Shown: piece by piece, positions 10,722-21,746 of the stretch
How positions within the stretch are numbered: position 1 is the first letter of the stretch
Layout of the letters: every line of letters starts with the position of its first letter
NCBI GenBank assembly: GCA_963799735.1
Contig: CAWCYP010000042.1
Coordinates: 1,384 to 65,383, forward strand
Reading direction: 5' to 3'
DNA length: 64,000 nucleotides
Origin: an uncultured Solirubrobacterales bacterium
GTDB taxonomy: Bacteria; Actinomycetota; Thermoleophilia; Solirubrobacterales; Solirubrobacteraceae
Translations under genes and position numbers: made by a program
Notes under the pieces: model-generated
Told to the model about the DNA's origin: nothing
Seen by the model: only the letters and a program-made list of their open reading frames with translations
The model's database searches: none

Positions 10722-11516
10722 GACGATGGGACCTGGGCTGGTGGGGTGTTCGCTGGTCTCGCGGGTGAGCACGATGTGGTGGTATTCGCTGGCGTTGGAG
10801 GGCAGCAGCGCGCCTCCCTGCAGGCGCCCGTTGGAGCCGACCGTCGGGGCCTTGCTGATCGCCTCGGCGCTGGTCGGGGAGTTGTAGAGCCAGATCAGAT
10901 AGGAGAATCCCTGCGAGGGCGGCAGGTGTTCGGCGGCGAGGTAGAAGGCGCGCTGGGAGCCTTCGGCGAGGACCTCGGCGATGCCGATCGCTTTGCTCGA
11001 GGGTTCGGGCGAGGTCAGCGTCAGCTGGTTGGTGACGCTGGGGGTTTTCGACGAGGCGCTCGATTGCGTGCCCGTCGATGCGGTCGGCGTCGTGCTTGTG
11101 GAGGTGTTGGTGGCGGTGTTCGGGTGTGAACTGCCGCCGCCGCTGGTCAGCAGGACGACCACGACGATGATGACGACGGCTATCCCGGCGAGCAGCGCCG
11201 CCCCGCCGCGCCTGGAGACGGGCAGCCCCGGCGGCGCGCCAGAGGCGTCGCCCGGCGGACCGGCGCTCTCGGCGGCTCGCGTGCCCCGCGCGGAGGGAGC
11301 GGGCGCGGACTCCAGTCCCCCCGGAGTGCTGGCGGGCGCGGACTCCGGTCCCCTCGGAGCGCCGGCGAGCGCATCGAGCGCCGCGTGCGCGCGATCGCGG
11401 ACGGCGCTCTCGGGGATGCCGAGCAGCTCGGCTACCTGGGCGTAGCTCTTGCCGCGGTCCACGAGCAGGGACAGCGTGGCGCGCAGGTCGGGGGGAAGAT
11501 CGTCGAGTCGCGGCAT
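10692..11516 (-). CDS. Membrane protein with N-terminal sigma-70 region-4-like HTH and C-terminal RskA-like domain
   Basis: GKSYAQVAELLGIPESAVRDR; one TM helix; Ser/Thr linker; YLIWLY...TRE...PGPIVLSG. Confidence 0.6.
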   Translation of the reverse strand: MPRLDDLPPDLRATLSLLVDRGKSYAQVAELLGIPESAVRDRAHAALDALAGAPRGPESAPASTPGGLESAPAPSARGTRAAESAGPPGDASGAPPGLPVSRRGGAALLAGIAVVIIVVVVLLTSGGGSSHPNTATNTSTSTTPTASTGTQSSASSKTPSVTNQLTLTSPEPSSKAIGIAEVLAEGSQRAFYLAAEHLPPSQGFSYLIWLYNSPTSAEAISKAPTVGSNGRLQGGALLPSNASEYHHIVLTRETSEHPTSPGPIVLSGAFALTK

Positions 11517-11554
11517 GGTTGTGCTGAGGGTTCGTAGGCTATCGTGGCGCCGCG

Positions 11555-11982
11555 ATGGCAACGCCGAGCTTCCCCACCGCCGAGCAGCTGAACGAGGCGG
11601 TGGCGGGGTACGATCGCCTCTACGGCTTGGAGCTCCTCGAGTTCTCGGAGACCGAGGTGCGCGCCCGGGTGGCCGTGCGCGAGGAGATCAAGCAGGGATG
11701 GGGTTGGTGCACGGCGGGCTCTATGCGTCGCTGGCGGAGTCGATGAGCTCGCTGGCGACCGCGGTGGCGGTGATGAGAGAGGGCAAGGTGGCGATGGGCA
11801 TGTCGAACAGCACGAGCTTCCTGCGGCCGATCACGCAGGGGACCGTGCACGCGCACGCCAAGCGGCTGCACGGCGGGCGCACGACCTGGATCTGGGATGT
11901 GACGTTCAGCGACGACGAGGGCAGGACGTGCGCGGTGACACGGATGACGATCGCGGTACGGCCGCTGCCCGACGCCGCCTAA
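11555..11982 (+). CDS. PaaI-family thioesterase (frameshifted)
   Basis: GLVHGGLYASLAES, SFLRPI, GRTTWIWDV. Confidence 0.88.
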
Positions 11983-12557
11983 CCGAGCGCCTTCAGCGGG
12001 TTGGGCACCTGCGAGGGGAGGGGCCGGGAGCCGAAGCCGATGTCGGGCAGCCGCGCGGGCAGCGGCGAGAAGGGTGAGGCGGGATAGTTGATCGGAACGG
12101 CCGTGGCGGCGGCGGCGAGGGCCAGGGCGGGGGTGTGGGCGTAGACGTCGAGGACGACCGGGCCCGTGGGAATCGAGATCGCCTTGCCCCGCTCGGCGAG
12201 GAAGCCGGGGACGCCGCGCAGGGAGATCGTCGTGCGGGAGGTGGGGGAGCCTTCGCCGGGCACGAAGCTGTTGTCCGGGGAGGTGACGATCTTCAGCGGC
12301 GTCACGCACGTGGACTGCCCGCCTTCCAGGCAGTCGCCGTACTGGACGGTGAACGACCCGCTGGGGTCGCGCAAGGCTTCGGTGATGGCGAGGTCGTGGA
12401 ACGTGCTGCCCAGCCAGTAGACGGGGTAGGGCGCGAGCACGAGGCTCTCGAGCTCGTTGTGCGGGATCGGCTGGTCCTGGATGGTGTTGCCGCACGCCCC
12501 GAGGACGAGCGCGCAGAGCGTGCAGGCGAGCGTGGCGAGCGCAGGTCGGCGGCGCAT
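11979..12557 (-). CDS. Hypothetical lipoprotein
   Basis: MRRR + hydrophobic stretch + lipobox VLGAC; PYPVYWLG. Confidence 0.65.
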   Translation of the reverse strand: MRRRPALATLACTLCALVLGACGNTIQDQPIPHNELESLVLAPYPVYWLGSTFHDLAITEALRDPSGSFTVQYGDCLEGGQSTCVTPLKIVTSPDNSFVPGEGSPTSRTTISLRGVPGFLAERGKAISIPTGPVVLDVYAHTPALALAAAATAVPINYPASPFSPLPARLPDIGFGSRPLPSQVPNPLKALG

Positions 12558-14247
12558 CACGAGGTCGGCGGCTCTGTACTGGTTCGTGATGGGCATGCGC
12601 CGGTCGCGGCCGAACGCGCGCGTGGTGACCTTGATGCCGGGAGGGGCCTGGCGGCGCTTGTACTCGGCGAGGTCGACGAGGCGGATCGTCCGGTCGACCT
12701 CGGGCTCGGGCAGACCGTCGGCGATCAGCTGCTCACGACTGTGGTCGAGCTCGATGTAGCCGTGCAGGATGCGGTCGAGCAGGTCATACGGCGGCAGCGA
12801 GTCGTCGTCGCGCTGGTCGTGGCGCAGCTCGGCGGAGGGGGCGCGCGCCACGATCGAGGCGGGGATCGGCGCGGATGCGCGCGACGGGGCGCCCTCCTCC
12901 TCCTCCTCCTCTCTGCTCGGCAGCCGGCGAGGCGCCGGCGGGCGAGTTGCGCCACTCGCACAGGCGGTAGACGAGCGTCTTGGGCACGTCCTTGATGACG
13001 GCGAAGCCGCCGGCCAGATCGCCGTAGAGGGTGGTGTAGCCGACGGACATCTCGGACTTGTTGCCGGTCGTGAGCACGAGCCAGCCGAACTTGTTGGAGA
13101 GCGCCATGAGCAGGTTGCCGCGGATGCGGGCCTGCAGGTTCTCCTCGGTCAGGTCTGGCGCAAGGCCCTCGAACTCGGCGCTGCAGGGTGTGCATGTAGG
13201 CGTCCATGACCGATGCGATCGCCAGCTCGTGCGTGCGCGCGCCGAGCGCCGCGGCCAGTGCGTGGGCGTCTGACTGCGTCGCAGCCGAGGAGTAGGGAGA
13301 GGGCATGATCGCCACGTTGACGCGCTCGGCGCCGAGGGCGTCAGCGGCGAGGCATGCGACGAGCGCGGAGTCGATCCCGCCGGAGAGGCCGAGGACGACG
13401 TGGGAGAAGCCGTTCTTGTCCACGTAGTCGCGCAGGCCGAGCTGTAGCGCGGCGTAGACCTCGGCCTCGACGGGCGCGAGAGGCTCGTGCAGGCGGTTTG
13501 AGCTAGCGGCCGGCGGCCCGGGGGGAGATCGAGATCGCAGACGAGCAGGTCCTCGCTGAACTGGCGCGCGCGGGCGATCGTCGTGCCGGTGGGGTCCAGG
13601 ACGAAGGAGTGGCCGTCGAAGACGAGCTCGTCCTGGCCGCCGACGAGCGCGCAGAAGGCGACGTGGGCGCCCGACTCGATCGCGCGCGAGCAAACAGCTG
13701 TTCCCGTTCGGCGCCCTTGCCGGCGTGGTAGGGGGAGGCGGAGATGTTGATCAGCAGGCTCGCGCCGGACGCGGCCTCTTCGGTCGCGGGCGGGCCGGGC
13801 TGCCACAGGTCCTCGCACACGGTCAGGCCGACGCGGTGGTCGCCGACCTCGATCGTCGCTCCGCGAGGAGCCGGGGGTGAAGTAGCGGCGCTCGTCGAAG
13901 ACGCCGTAGTTGGGGAGGTGGAGCTTGCGATAGATCGATTGGACGGCGCCGTCCGCGAGCACCGCTGCGGAGTTGTAGACCCGACCGGAGTCGAGCTCGG
14001 GAAAGCCGACGATCGCGGTGATGCCGTCGACCTCACGGGCGAGATCGTCCAGGGCGGAGCGGGCGTCGGCGAGGAAGTGCTCGCGCAGGAGCAGGTCCTC
14101 GGGCGGGTAGCCGGTGAGGGCGAGCTCGGGAAAGAGCACGAGCTCGGCGCCGGCCTCGCGCGCGGAGCGCACGCCGGCGAGGATGCGATCGGCGTTGGCG
14201 GCGATGTCGCCGACCGTGGCGTTGATCTGGCACAGCGCCAGGCGCAT
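12557..14247 (-). CDS. nadE: Glutamine-dependent NAD+ synthetase (several frameshifts)
   Basis: FPELALTGYPPEDLL, GLSGGIDS, ENLQARIRG, TGNKSE, EYKRRQAPPG. Confidence 0.93.
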
Positions 14248-14265
14248 CGCGGAGCGAGCTCTCCG

Positions 14266-15821
14266 TCAGCCCTGCTTGGCGGGCTTGCGCGGCGGCGCGG
14301 CCCTGCCCCCGCCCGCCTTGCCCGCGGCGCGGGCGCCGGGCGGCGCGGACCCGTTGGTCGAGACGGCTTTGCGCGACGCTGCTGCCTTGGTGGCGGACCC
14401 GGACCGTTTGCGGGCGGGGCGGGCTGCACGCCGGCGGCGCTGGCCAGGGACGCGATCGCCTGATCCAGGTCGCGCGCGATCGCCTCCAGATCGGGGACGG
14501 CGTCGTAGTCGGAGAGCAGGCCGAAGCCGAGGTGGCCGTCGTAGCTCATGACGGCGATCCCCAGCGCCTGGCGGCGGGCGAGCGGCACGACCGGATACAG
14601 CCGGCGCAGGCGGCGGCCGAGCAGGTATAGCGGGAACTGCGGGCCGGGGACGTTGGTGACGACGAGGTTGAAGTAGCGTTGGCGGGCCTGCAGGCGCGCG
14701 GCCTGGCTGAGGATCGTGGGCGGAGCGAAGCCGGCGAGGTTCGTCAGGACCTGCGCGCCGACGGCTTGGCCGGAATGCTTGAGGTCCTCCATCGCGTCGC
14801 GGATCTGCGCCAGACAGTCGGCCGGGTTCTCGACGCCGACGGGCAGGGGCGCCCACATCGCGGCTACCTGGTTGCCGAGGGCGCCGCGCTGGGAGTCGGC
14901 GCGGACGGAGACGGGGACCATCGCCTTCAGCACGAGTCCGTCGGTGTTCTGGCCCTGCGCGCGCAGGTAGCGCCCGAGGGAGAGGCTGACGGAGGCGAGC
15001 ACGACATCGTTGAGGGTGCCGCCGAGCGAGTCCTTGACCGCCTTGAACAGGGCGAGGTCGGCGTCCACCCAGGTGTAGCGGCGGTGCGGGCCGATGTCGA
15101 CGTTGAACAGGCTGGGCGGGGCGGGCGCGCTGATGCCGGCGAGCGTGGTGGCGCCGACGCTGGCGATGCTGTCCTTGACCTGCGTGGCGACCTTGCGCGG
15201 CGCACGCAGCAGCGCGCGCGTGCCACGAGTCATCTCGGCGGGGACGGTCGCGCGCTCGAGCAGCGCCTCGCCGAGCAGCTTGGCGTAGCCGGGCAGCGGC
15301 CTGGCCGTCCACGGCGCCGGCGGCCTCGACGTGCCGGCCGGCTCGGGGGAGGTGTCGAACAGGACGGTCGTGATGTCGACGCCGGAGATCCCGTCCACGA
15401 GCGCGTGGTGGGTCTTGGCGATCAGCGCGAACCGCCGGCCGGCCATGCGCTGCACGAGCCAGATCTCCCACAGCGGCTTGGAGCGGTCCAGGCGCTGGGA
15501 GAACAGCCGCCCCGCCAGCTGCTTGAGCGCGGCCTCGTCCGCGGGGCGCGGCAGGGCGGTGTGGCGGATGTGGTAGCGCGGGTTGAAGTGCGGGTCGTCC
15601 GTCCACAGCGGGCGTCCCTGGCCCAGCGGCACGTAGGCCAGCCGCTGGCGATAGCGCGGCACCAGGTGCAGGCGGCTGAGCACGTGATCGGTCAGCTCCT
15701 TGGGCGTCGGCGCGAGACCCTCGAAGACCATCACCGAAGCGACGTGCATGTGCGCGGTCGAGTCGTCCTCCAGGTGCAGGAAAGCTGTGTCGAGTGCGGA
15801 CAGGCGGTCGGGATTGGCCAC
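14266..15821 (-). CDS. Wax ester/triacylglycerol synthase (WS/DGAT)
   Basis: LSALDTAFL, catalytic HHALVDG, TNVPGP. Confidence 0.93.
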
Positions 15822-15927
15822 TGCGGTGATTGTCGCGGGTTGGGGGGCTCGCGTCAATGCGGGCGGGAGGATCCCGGGTGGAGAGGCGATCAATGTGGTT
15901 TGTGTGGGGGTAGAGAGAGTCAGAAGA

Positions 15928-15949
15928 GGCGGGACAATGTGGCGAGGGT
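15928..15949 (+). repeat. 22-bp direct repeat, copy 1 (GGCGGGACAATGTGGCGAGGGT)
   Basis: Identical to 16414-16435. Confidence 0.9.
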
Positions 15950-16404
15950 ATCGCTTATCAAGAGTCGCTACGACGATGGGCAGCTCTGACTACAAAGTGC
16001 TCGCGAGCCACGACCGCGAGGACGCGCCGGCTTGCGCGATCCACAGTTCAGTGGTGGGCTCTCGGGCTCATCGGCGCTCGTCGCAGGAGGGTAAGGGCGC
16101 GACAAAGGGATCGACGGTCGGCTCTACTTCTTTGACGAGGGCAACGAAACGCGAAGAGGTATCGTCTCCGTCAAGGCTGGCAAGGTCCAGGTCAGCCATG
16201 TCGCGATCTCGTGGAGTGCTGCAACGCGACAAGCGCAGATCGGTGTCTTGATCTCTAACGAGCCAACCTGGCCGATGCGCCAAGAGGCTGCAGCCGCAGG
16301 GTTCTACTCCAGCCATGGGGCCAGCATCAAGGGTGCAGCTCCTAACGGTTAGCGAACTACTCGCAGGCAAGACCATCGATATGCCTGCCGTGGCGCGCAT
16401 ATGA
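15950..16404 (+). pseudogene. 3' fragment of a DNA methyltransferase/Mrr-like restriction endonuclease fusion
   Basis: Reading across indels gives QFQWWALGLIGA, DKGIDGRLYF, VSVKAGKV, VRDLRGVL, EAAAAGFY, VQLLTVSELLAGK. Confidence 0.7.
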
Positions 16405-16413
16405 CGCAGGTCG

Positions 16414-16435
16414 GGCGGGACAATGTGGCGAGGGT
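16414..16435 (+). repeat. 22-bp direct repeat, copy 2
   Basis: Identical to 15928-15949. Confidence 0.9.
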
Positions 16436-16501
16436 GGGACTCAGTCGCCGCCGCGTCCTGAGGCGTGCGAGCGATACGGGAACGCCAGAGGCTCGCTGCG
16501 C

Positions 16502-16691
16502 TTAGCCCTTCGGCGGCGGCGTGTTCTCCGCCCGGTGCAACAGCCGATCCCAGGTGCTGCGCTTCGGGACCGGTATCTCGACCGGCTCGTAGCGGCTTGC
16601 CCGTCTTCGGGTCGATCCCTTTGGGCTGGGTCGGCTGCGTGGGCTTCATGTCACGCGGGTCCATGTTCGTGTCGCGCGGGTCCGTGTCCAT
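16502..16691 (-). CDS. Small hypothetical protein (frameshifted)
   Basis: MDPRDMKPTQPTQPKGIDPKTGKP..EPVEIPVPKRSTWDRLLHRA, TAA at 16502. Confidence 0.45.
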
Positions 16692-17150
16692 GTGCCCAGG
16701 CTATCTTCTCGCCCTCCCGCTCAAAAGTGCCTGGCTTCGCGAGCGACACGGCGTCGAAGTTGAGCACGGTCGCCAGCTTCCCGAAGTCGCCAAAGTTGTA
16801 GTGGAGCACGCCAACGTCTGCCTCTTGCGCCGAGGCGGCGATCAGCACGTCGCCAAGGTCCGCGCGGTGATAGCCGCCACCGCCTTTGGCGGCTAGCTCC
16901 TGGATCGCATTGAATGCGGCCCGATATGCGGCACTCCGCACCGACACTTCCTTGAGTTGATCAAAATGCCGCACCCCAGGATTCGACCTCAGCGTTGTTC
17001 TTCGCGTGATGCAGAAGCTCGAGCCGCACAATCGGGCTGAGCAGTAGCTGGCCACGACGCATGGCGTCGGTCCATTCGCTCGGCGTGTTCTCAAGCGCCT
17101 TGGAGCGCTTGATAGCTGTCCACGCCGACGTATCAACTATGAGCCGACGG
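16651..17150 (-). CDS. PIN-domain VapC toxin (frameshifted; boundaries approximate)
   Basis: LIVDTSAW, SPIVRLELL, DVLIAASA, VLHYN-GDF. Confidence 0.8.
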
Positions 17151-17173
17151 CCCCCGTAGGGCGCCTTGGCTCC

Positions 17174-17400
17174 CCGCTCCTGTCGCCTCTCCTCAACGCC
17201 TGCGAGCCGCAAGTCTCGGTAAAGCAATCTCATCCTCGATGTTCGCCATCGCGCGCCAGAACGCAGCCTCCACTTCGCGGCCCTTACGCGCGCTCCACCT
17301 ACGCCTATAGCGTAGCCCGCACACCCGGCGAATCCCCCGCTGCATGGCACCGCGAAGCACTCGGATCACTTCGGACCGTGCTGCCCTGTCACGGGCTCCG
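17174..17400 (-). pseudogene. Possible degenerate VapB-type antitoxin
   Basis: Fragments RSEVIR and EAAFWRAMANIEDEIALPRLAARRR* just upstream of the PIN gene; CTACAT repeats near 17405-17417. Confidence 0.35.
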
Positions 17401-17487
17401 TAGTCTACATTCTACATACCTATTGGACAATGTGTGACCCACCTCACACAACCCCGTCCCCACGACCAGCTAGCCTCCTACGACGTT

Positions 17488-17670
17488 CGACCTGCCGAGT
17501 CGCGTCCGTGGATGGATGCGAGCGGGGGACCCACTGCCGGATCGCCTCTAGGACGAGGCTGAGCCGGATGGGGCGAATCGGCCGCTGATGCGGCTGTAAC
17601 GCCCGGTAGATGCGCGCTCGTTGCGCGCGGACGCCGCTCGTGAGCCCGACAGCTAACCCCGTAGGCGGAC
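17488..17670 (+). ncRNA. Cyclic di-AMP (ydaO/yuaA) riboswitch
   Basis: Ordered blocks GCCGAGTC...GGGGGACCCA...GGGGCGAATC...CCCGACAGCTAACCCCGTAGGC upstream of a cell-wall lytic gene. Confidence 0.85.
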
Positions 17671-17690
17671 ACCAAGGAGGCATCCCCTCG

Positions 17691-18364
17691 ATGTACGTCC
17701 CTGCGACGTCCGCGCAGCCTGCTGCGCCCGCAACGCCCCTCGTCCCGATCGAAATCACGACGGGCGGATCCTCACCCGGCATCATCGCCGGGCTGGCAGG
17801 ACTGGGAGCGGCGCCCGCGCACGTCTCGCTCATCGTTCGCCGGCCCGACCTGAACGTGCTGGCCGACCACGCGAGCACGGTCAGGGGCACGCTGGAGCCG
17901 GACCTGGCCGGACGGGTGGTGGAGCTGCAGGCGCTCGGCGCGCGGGGCTGGAGCACGCTCGCGAGCACGCGCACCGGCCGCGGTGGGCGCTTTCGGCTGC
18001 GTTACGTGCCGCGCCGTACGGGCAGCGAGCGCGTGCGGCTGCGCTTCGCCGGCGACGCGGAGGATATCGAGTGCCCGTCGTCCGCTCGGGCGCCTGAACG
18101 TGTATCGCCTCGCGGAGGCGTCCTGGTACGGGGGCGGCGGCGGATCTGGCGTGCGGCGGGGAGCTGACGAGCACGACGATGGGGGTCGCCAACAAGACGC
18201 TCCCGTGCGGCACTCTGGTCACGTTGCGCTACGGCGATCGCAGCGTGCGGGTGCGGGTGATCGACCGCGGCCCGTACGTGGCCGGGCGCGAATTCGACCT
18301 TACCGAAGCGACCAAGCAGGCGCTCGGGTTCGGCGACACGGGCGAGGTGTGGAGCACGCGCTGA
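17691..18364 (+). CDS. RlpA-like (DPBB) lytic transglycosylase family protein (frameshifted)
   Basis: ASWYG, GVANKTLPCGT, VIDRGPYVAGREFDL. Confidence 0.85.
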
Positions 18365-18468
18365 CGGGCGCGGCTCGTCGACTGTCGCGCTGGGAGCGTT
18401 CGTGCAGGGCTTGGCATCGGCGGTGACCGGTCGTTGAATGCACCGACGTGAAATCTTCGCGCGTGCAT

Positions 18469-19537
18469 ATGTGGCTGGACGGCTCGGGCGACTGGGCCTG
18501 GCCCGGAACGGGTGGGGGCGAAGCGGCGGTGGAGCTGCTGCCGCCGCCATGGGTGCCCGCGAGCCCTCGCCGCGCGGAGCCGGCGATACCGCAGGCGCGC
18601 CGTCCACAGCGCGGGCTCGCGCGACGGTATGGCGCGAGCCTGCTCCTCACCATGTTGGCGGCCGCGTGCGTCGGACTGGCGTTGGACGGCCGGACCGACG
18701 TCGAACGTCTCGTCGGCAGCGCGATCCGCTTCGCGTCCCTCCGCGGCCGAGATTACGCTGGAGCGCTCGACCGCGAGTCCTCTGCAGTCGTTGCCGACGA
18801 TCGTGGGGGTGAGCAATGACGCGGCGGGCAGCTCGATCGACTCGACCAGCTACGTCTCGCGGGCGCTGGGAGGCGAAGGCTCGTTCCTGATCTACCTGCC
18901 GCCGGGCTACGCGAGCACGACCATGCACTACCCGGTCATCTACCTGCTGCACGGCGACGGGGAGAGCGACGGCTCGTTTTTGCAGATCGGGGTGCAGGGC
19001 ACGCTCGACCGGCTGATCGCCCGGCGCACGATCCCGCCGGTGATCGCGGTGATGATCCAGGGCGGGCCGGGGTCGAACAACTGGCTGAACCTGGGCGCCA
19101 GACGCTACGAATCGTATGTGCTGGAAGTGCAGCGGCTCATCGACCGGATGCTGCCGACGATCCCCGACCGGAGCGCCCGCGCGATCGCCGGGTACTCGAT
19201 GGGCGGCTACGGCGCGATGCACATAGCGCTGACCCATCCGAGCGAGTTCGGGACGGCGGAGAGCTGGCTCGGGTTCTTCAACGGCCTGGAAGGCCAGGCG
19301 CGCGCCGACCGCTCGGTGATCTCACGCCTGGGCCTGCGCGCGTACGTGTATGGAGCCGCTGAGGACGTGATCGCCGATCCCTCCGAGAACACCCCGTTCG
19401 CCGCCGCCCTGCGAGCCGATGGAGCCGACGCCCACAGCGCCGTGTATCCCGGAGAACACGACTTCGCGACCCTCGAAGCCCACCTCGAACACATGCTCGC
19501 GTTCGCGGGTCGTGGGTTGGCCCGAAAGGTGGATTGA
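18469..19537 (+). CDS. Putative esterase, alpha/beta hydrolase (N-terminus uncertain)
   Basis: IYLPPGY, YPVIYLLHG, GYSMGG. Confidence 0.82.
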
Positions 19538-19582
19538 TAGACGGATATCGATAGAGAAGAGATGAAAGGAAAAGCTTCGCCG

Positions 19583-20596
19583 TCAGCTCTCGGCGACGTG
19601 GAGCACCAGCTTGCCCGTGTTCTCGCCGCTGAAGAGCCGCAGAGCGTGTCGGGAAAGCGCTCGATGCCGCCCTCGGCGATGTCCTCGCGCGAGGACAGCT
19701 CCCCGGAGGCGACCCAACCGCCCAGCGCCTGGGTGGCCTCCGGGAGGCGGTCGAGGTAGTCCGAGAACACGAAGCCGGTCATGGACGCGTGGTTGACGAG
19801 CAGCGACATGTAGTTGGACGGGCCGGTCATCGCGCCGGTGGCGTTGTACTGGGAGATGGCTCCGCAGATCACCACGCGGGCATGGCGGGCGAGGTGCGCG
19901 AGGGCGGCGTCGAGTATCTCTCCGCCGACGTTGTCGAAGTAGATGTCGATGCCCTTCGGGCAGTGCTCGTGCGAGGCCAGCGGCGACGTCCTGGGACTTG
20001 TAGTCGATGGCGGCGTCGAACCCGAGTTCCTGCACCACGTAGCGGCACTTCTCGGCGCCGCCGGCGATCCCCACGACGCGGCAGCCCTTGAGCTTGGCGA
20101 TCTGACCGACCACTCCGCCGACGGCACCGCCGGCGCCCGACACCACGACCGTCTCGCCCTCGGCGGGGCGGCCGATGTCGAGCAGACCGAAGTAGGCGGT
20201 CATGCCCGGCATGCCGAGCGTGCCGAGGTAGGTCTCGAGCGGGGCGAGTCCGGTGTCCACCTTGAAGAGGGCGTTCCCGTTGGCGACCGCGTACTCCTGC
20301 ACACCGAGCAGCCCGGTGACGTGGTCGCCGACGGCCAGATCGGCATGGTTGGACGCGATCACCCGGCCAGCCGCGAACCCGCGCATGACGTCCCCGATTT
20401 GGACCGGGGGGATGTATGAGCGACTCTCGTTCATCCACCCGCGCATCGCCGGCTCGAGGCCGATGTAGCGAATCTTGACGAGTGCCTCGCCATCGCCCGG
20501 CTCGGGGACGGGCTCCTCGGTGTAGGACCAGTCGCTGCGCTTCGGCAGGCCGACCGGGCGGGCGGCGAGTCTGACCTGGTGGTTCACGGCGTCCAT
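19583..20596 (-). CDS. NADP-dependent oxidoreductase (CurA/PTGR family; frameshifted)
   Basis: GMPGMTAYFGLL, GAGGAVG, YFDNVGG, GENTGKLV. Confidence 0.92.
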   Translation of the reverse strand: MDAVNHQVRLAARPVGLPKRSDWSYTEEPVPEPGDGEALVKIRYIGLEPAMRGWMNESRSYIPPVQIGDVMRGFAAGRVIASNHADLAVGDHVTGLLGVQEYAVANGNALFKVDTGLAPLETYLGTLGMPGMTAYFGLLDIGRPAEGETVVVSGAGGAVGGVVGQIAKLKGCRVVGIAGGAEKCRYVVQELGFDAAIDYKSQDVAAGLARALPEGHRHLLRQRRRRDTRRRPRAPRPPCPRGDLRSHLPVQRHRRDDRPVQLHVAARQPRVHDRLRVLGLPRPPPGGHPGAGRLGRLRGAVLARGHRRGRHRALSRHALRLFSGENTGKLVLHVAES

Positions 20597-20661
20597 TTCA
20601 TTTGCCCTTCGTTGGTGGGTGGACCGCCTCGGCGGGGGCTCGCGCGAACCATACGTCAACT

Positions 20662-21240
20662 ATGCTCGAACGCCTCATGGACACCGATCGCCAAACCCCG
20701 CCCTCGTCCGCGCCTGCAGGTTCGCCGCACTCCAACGGGCGGTTCGCTGCCGAGCGGGACCTGCGGGACATGCGCTCTCTGTACTACAAGTACTTCGGGG
20801 ACCGGCGCAAGGAGCGCCAGCTGTTCTCCGCCGGCTCGTTCTTCGTGACGTTTGCGGCGGTGCGCGGGATCACTCATGCGATCAGGGCCGGGCGGGGGCC
20901 GTTCAGGAACATCACCCCGGGCGGGCGGCACATCCACCACATGACCTTCGGGATCGCCGGCCTGCTGACGGTCGGGTACCTGTGGCTGCTGGAGATCGGC
21001 ATCAACGAGGAACGCTGGACGTCAAGAGTGACCGCGAGCGCGTTTGGGAGCGGCGCGGCGCTCACGCTGGACGAGTTCGCGCTGTGGCTGAACCTCGAAG
21101 ACGACTACTGGACCAAGCAGGGCCGCGAGAGCATCGACGCCGTCGTCCTGTTCGGCTCGCTGCTCACCCTGAGCGTCCTCGGCAAGGGCTTCTTCGCAGA
21201 GCTCTTGCGAGCCAGGCGTCTGAGACTCCATCGAACCCGC
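20662..21240 (+). CDS. Actinobacterial integral membrane protein (3' end runs into an insert)
   Basis: GGRHIHHMTFGI, GAALTLDEFALWLNLEDDYW..QGRESIDA. Confidence 0.75.
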
Positions 21241-21392
21241 CGCTCCCGGCGCCACAGTTCCGGATTGTCCCCAATCGTATTCCGGATTGTCCGCGTGCCG
21301 GGATTCCGGCTGAGCACTGCCGATGTCGATTGGGACGCGTTTGCATCTGCGCTGCTATCGAGCCTGGGAACGTCGTGGCTGGTGGGTGCGAC

Positions 21393-21605
21393 TCAGGCGG
21401 TGATCTGCTCGCGCTCGGCACGCTCGGCTTCGGCGACCATTTCGGCGGCGCGTTTGGGATCGCCGAGGGCCAGCAGATGCGTCTGCTGGGCGATGTACAG
21501 GGCGGCTGCCCGGTCGAGCGGGACGCGCTTGCCGTCGATGACGGCGTGGATGCGCTTGCGAGTGCCGTTGCTGTTCAGAGCGCCGTTGTTGGTGTGCTCG
21601 GTCAT
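21393..21605 (-). CDS. Small hypothetical protein
   Basis: 70-aa ORF with protein-like composition. Confidence 0.45.
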   Translation of the reverse strand: MTEHTNNGALNSNGTRKRIHAVIDGKRVPLDRAAALYIAQQTHLLALGDPKRAAEMVAEAERAEREQITA

Positions 21606-21746
21606 GGTTCAGGGATAGGACGTCCGTCAAGCGCTCCCGGCGTCGCCGATGATCTCGGCGTTGGTGATCGAGAGATGTTTGTTGGAGTGGGAGATAGAGA
21701 TTCCCAACCGCGACGGCGAGCAGCTCGTGATGCGAACTCCAGGTCG

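Noticed and set aside
11979-12851. Apparent NadE C-terminus-lipoprotein fusion
   Set aside because: A TGATG stop/start overlap sits at 12555-12559; a single indel explains the read-through.
13503-15893. 796-aa WS/DGAT ORF extending over nadE
   Set aside because: The extension is an off-frame read of nadE caused by an indel near the WS/DGAT end.
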